From positions 7,254 to 71,253 of the IMG/VR virus record IMGVR_UViG_3300017965_000002: 64,000 nt of DNA. One strand, 5' to 3'. Shown piece by piece: positions 63,219 through 64,000 of the stretch (within the stretch, counting starts at the first letter, position 1; each line of letters starts with the position of its first letter). The translations under genes and the position numbers were made by a program. The notes beneath the pieces are model-generated. The model was given only the letters and a program-made list of their open reading frames with translations, did not search any database and was not told the origin of the DNA. The DNA is from a virus (lineage: Duplodnaviria > Caudoviricetes).

Positions 63219-64000
63219 TTATGTGCCTCTGATCCAATATAGATCACCAGCTACCATTCCCTTTTCGAATGGATCTCTAATTTCTTTAAGTCTTCCCATC
63301 TGAATAAGAGTTTGGATTGAAGCTTTTAATTTTCTATCATCGAAGTTACCATCGGTCTTAAAGGCAGGTATATGTTGCATCCTTTGTCGAAGAAAGCTAT
63401 ATTGAATTTTTCCAGCCGCTTGCAATTCAGGTTTGACTTTATAACTTTCAGGAAGTTGTCTATATAGATAATCATCAATAAGTTTTTCAATCTTTTTAGT
63501 TTGTACACTATCCCCGGTTCCTATATCACCTGCTTCCTGTCTAGTTTTGAAATTATTTATATCATTCATTATCATTCGTTCAAAATAATCCCAATGAGCT
63601 TTCGTAACAACAGGCGGTGTAACAAGCCCCTGTGGTGTCGGCGGAGGTGCATCAAGAATCGCAGCAAGAGTTGCCAGAACATTAATTCGATTCAAAGAAC
63701 GAGACCACATATGATGTTCGATATCCTCACCTCTAGTCTGGACAGCCTTGTTGTAATTACTATGACAATATTCATAGAAATTATGATATTGAATATCAGC
63801 CTCTAAATCTAGCTTAGCAGCAATAGGTTCTTTTTTCTGAGTAGCAATCAGATCAGAAATTCTAGCAAGCATGATTAGATAATCTATAAATCCTGAATCG
63901 ACTCTATAATCTACAGTTTCATTCATTCTCCCTCGAAGTCCTTTATATTCAAATATATTGAATCGAGATATGAATCCGTTATTAAGAAGAAATGAATTAA
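63219..64000 (-). CDS. C-terminal part of a primase/helicase-like (DUF3987-type) protein, truncated by the window
   Basis: Frame stays open upstream of 63926 to the window edge (NSFLLNNGFISRFNIFEYKG); GF.SRF motif. Confidence 0.6.
   Translation of the reverse strand, partial: NSFLLNNGFISRFNIFEYKGLRGRMNETVDYRVDSGFIDYLIMLARISDLIATQKKEPIAAKLDLEADIQYHNFYEYCHSNYNKAVQTRGEDIEHHMWSRSLNRINVLATLAAILDAPPPTPQGLVTPPVVTKAHWDYFERMIMNDINNFKTRQEAGDIGTGDSVQTKKIEKLIDDYLYRQLPESYKVKPELQAAGKIQYSFLRQRMQHIPAFKTDGNFDDRKLKASIQTLIQMGRLKEIRDPFEKGMVAGDLYWIRGT

Noticed and set aside
1-64000. Integrase/repressor lysogeny module, IS elements, introns/inteins, stop-codon reassignment
   Set aside because: None recognised; core genes have normal lengths under code 11. 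The genome is incomplete, so a temperate lifestyle cannot be excluded.

Overview
The window is most of the genome of a tailed dsDNA bacteriophage with a contractile tail. The host is probably an alphaproteobacterium (Rhizobiales/Bradyrhizobium-like, inferred from a VPGP-type CTERM protein and the style of the accessory genes). Layout: (1) 1-3.5 kb holds small, mostly leftward genes and a roughly 1.3 kb repeat-rich non-coding region. (2) 3.8-39.3 kb is one rightward late operon: a NusG-family regulator, a structured leader of tandem hairpins ending in a strong terminator, TerS/TerL, HK97-type portal, protease and capsid, neck, Mu-like sheath, tube, chaperone with a -1 frameshift site, tape measure, baseplate, many modular fibre genes, a GH19 endolysin and a holin-like gene. 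(3) 39.5-64 kb is a leftward early/replication arm: small accessory genes, resolvase, family-B DNA polymerase, sliding clamp, a complete 7-deazaguanine DNA-modification cluster (dpdA, folE, queD, gat-queC, queE, with a nucleoside deoxyribosyltransferase and a MazG-like gene inside it), DUF932, SF2 helicase, Cas4-like nuclease, DUF669 SSB, AAA_24 ATPase, and a primase/helicase-like gene cut by the window edge. No integrase, tRNA, rRNA, CRISPR array, reverse transcriptase or IS element was recognised. Most notable: the NusG paralogue with a hairpin array carrying a repeated CUCC(C)GU loop that gates the late genes; a very Cys-rich virion with two unannotated paralogous Cys micro-peptides; a phage-encoded exosortase-type surface protein; and a predicted dG+ (archaeosine) DNA-modification pathway with extra nucleotide enzymes. 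All calls come from reading motifs by eye; no database search or folding program was run.
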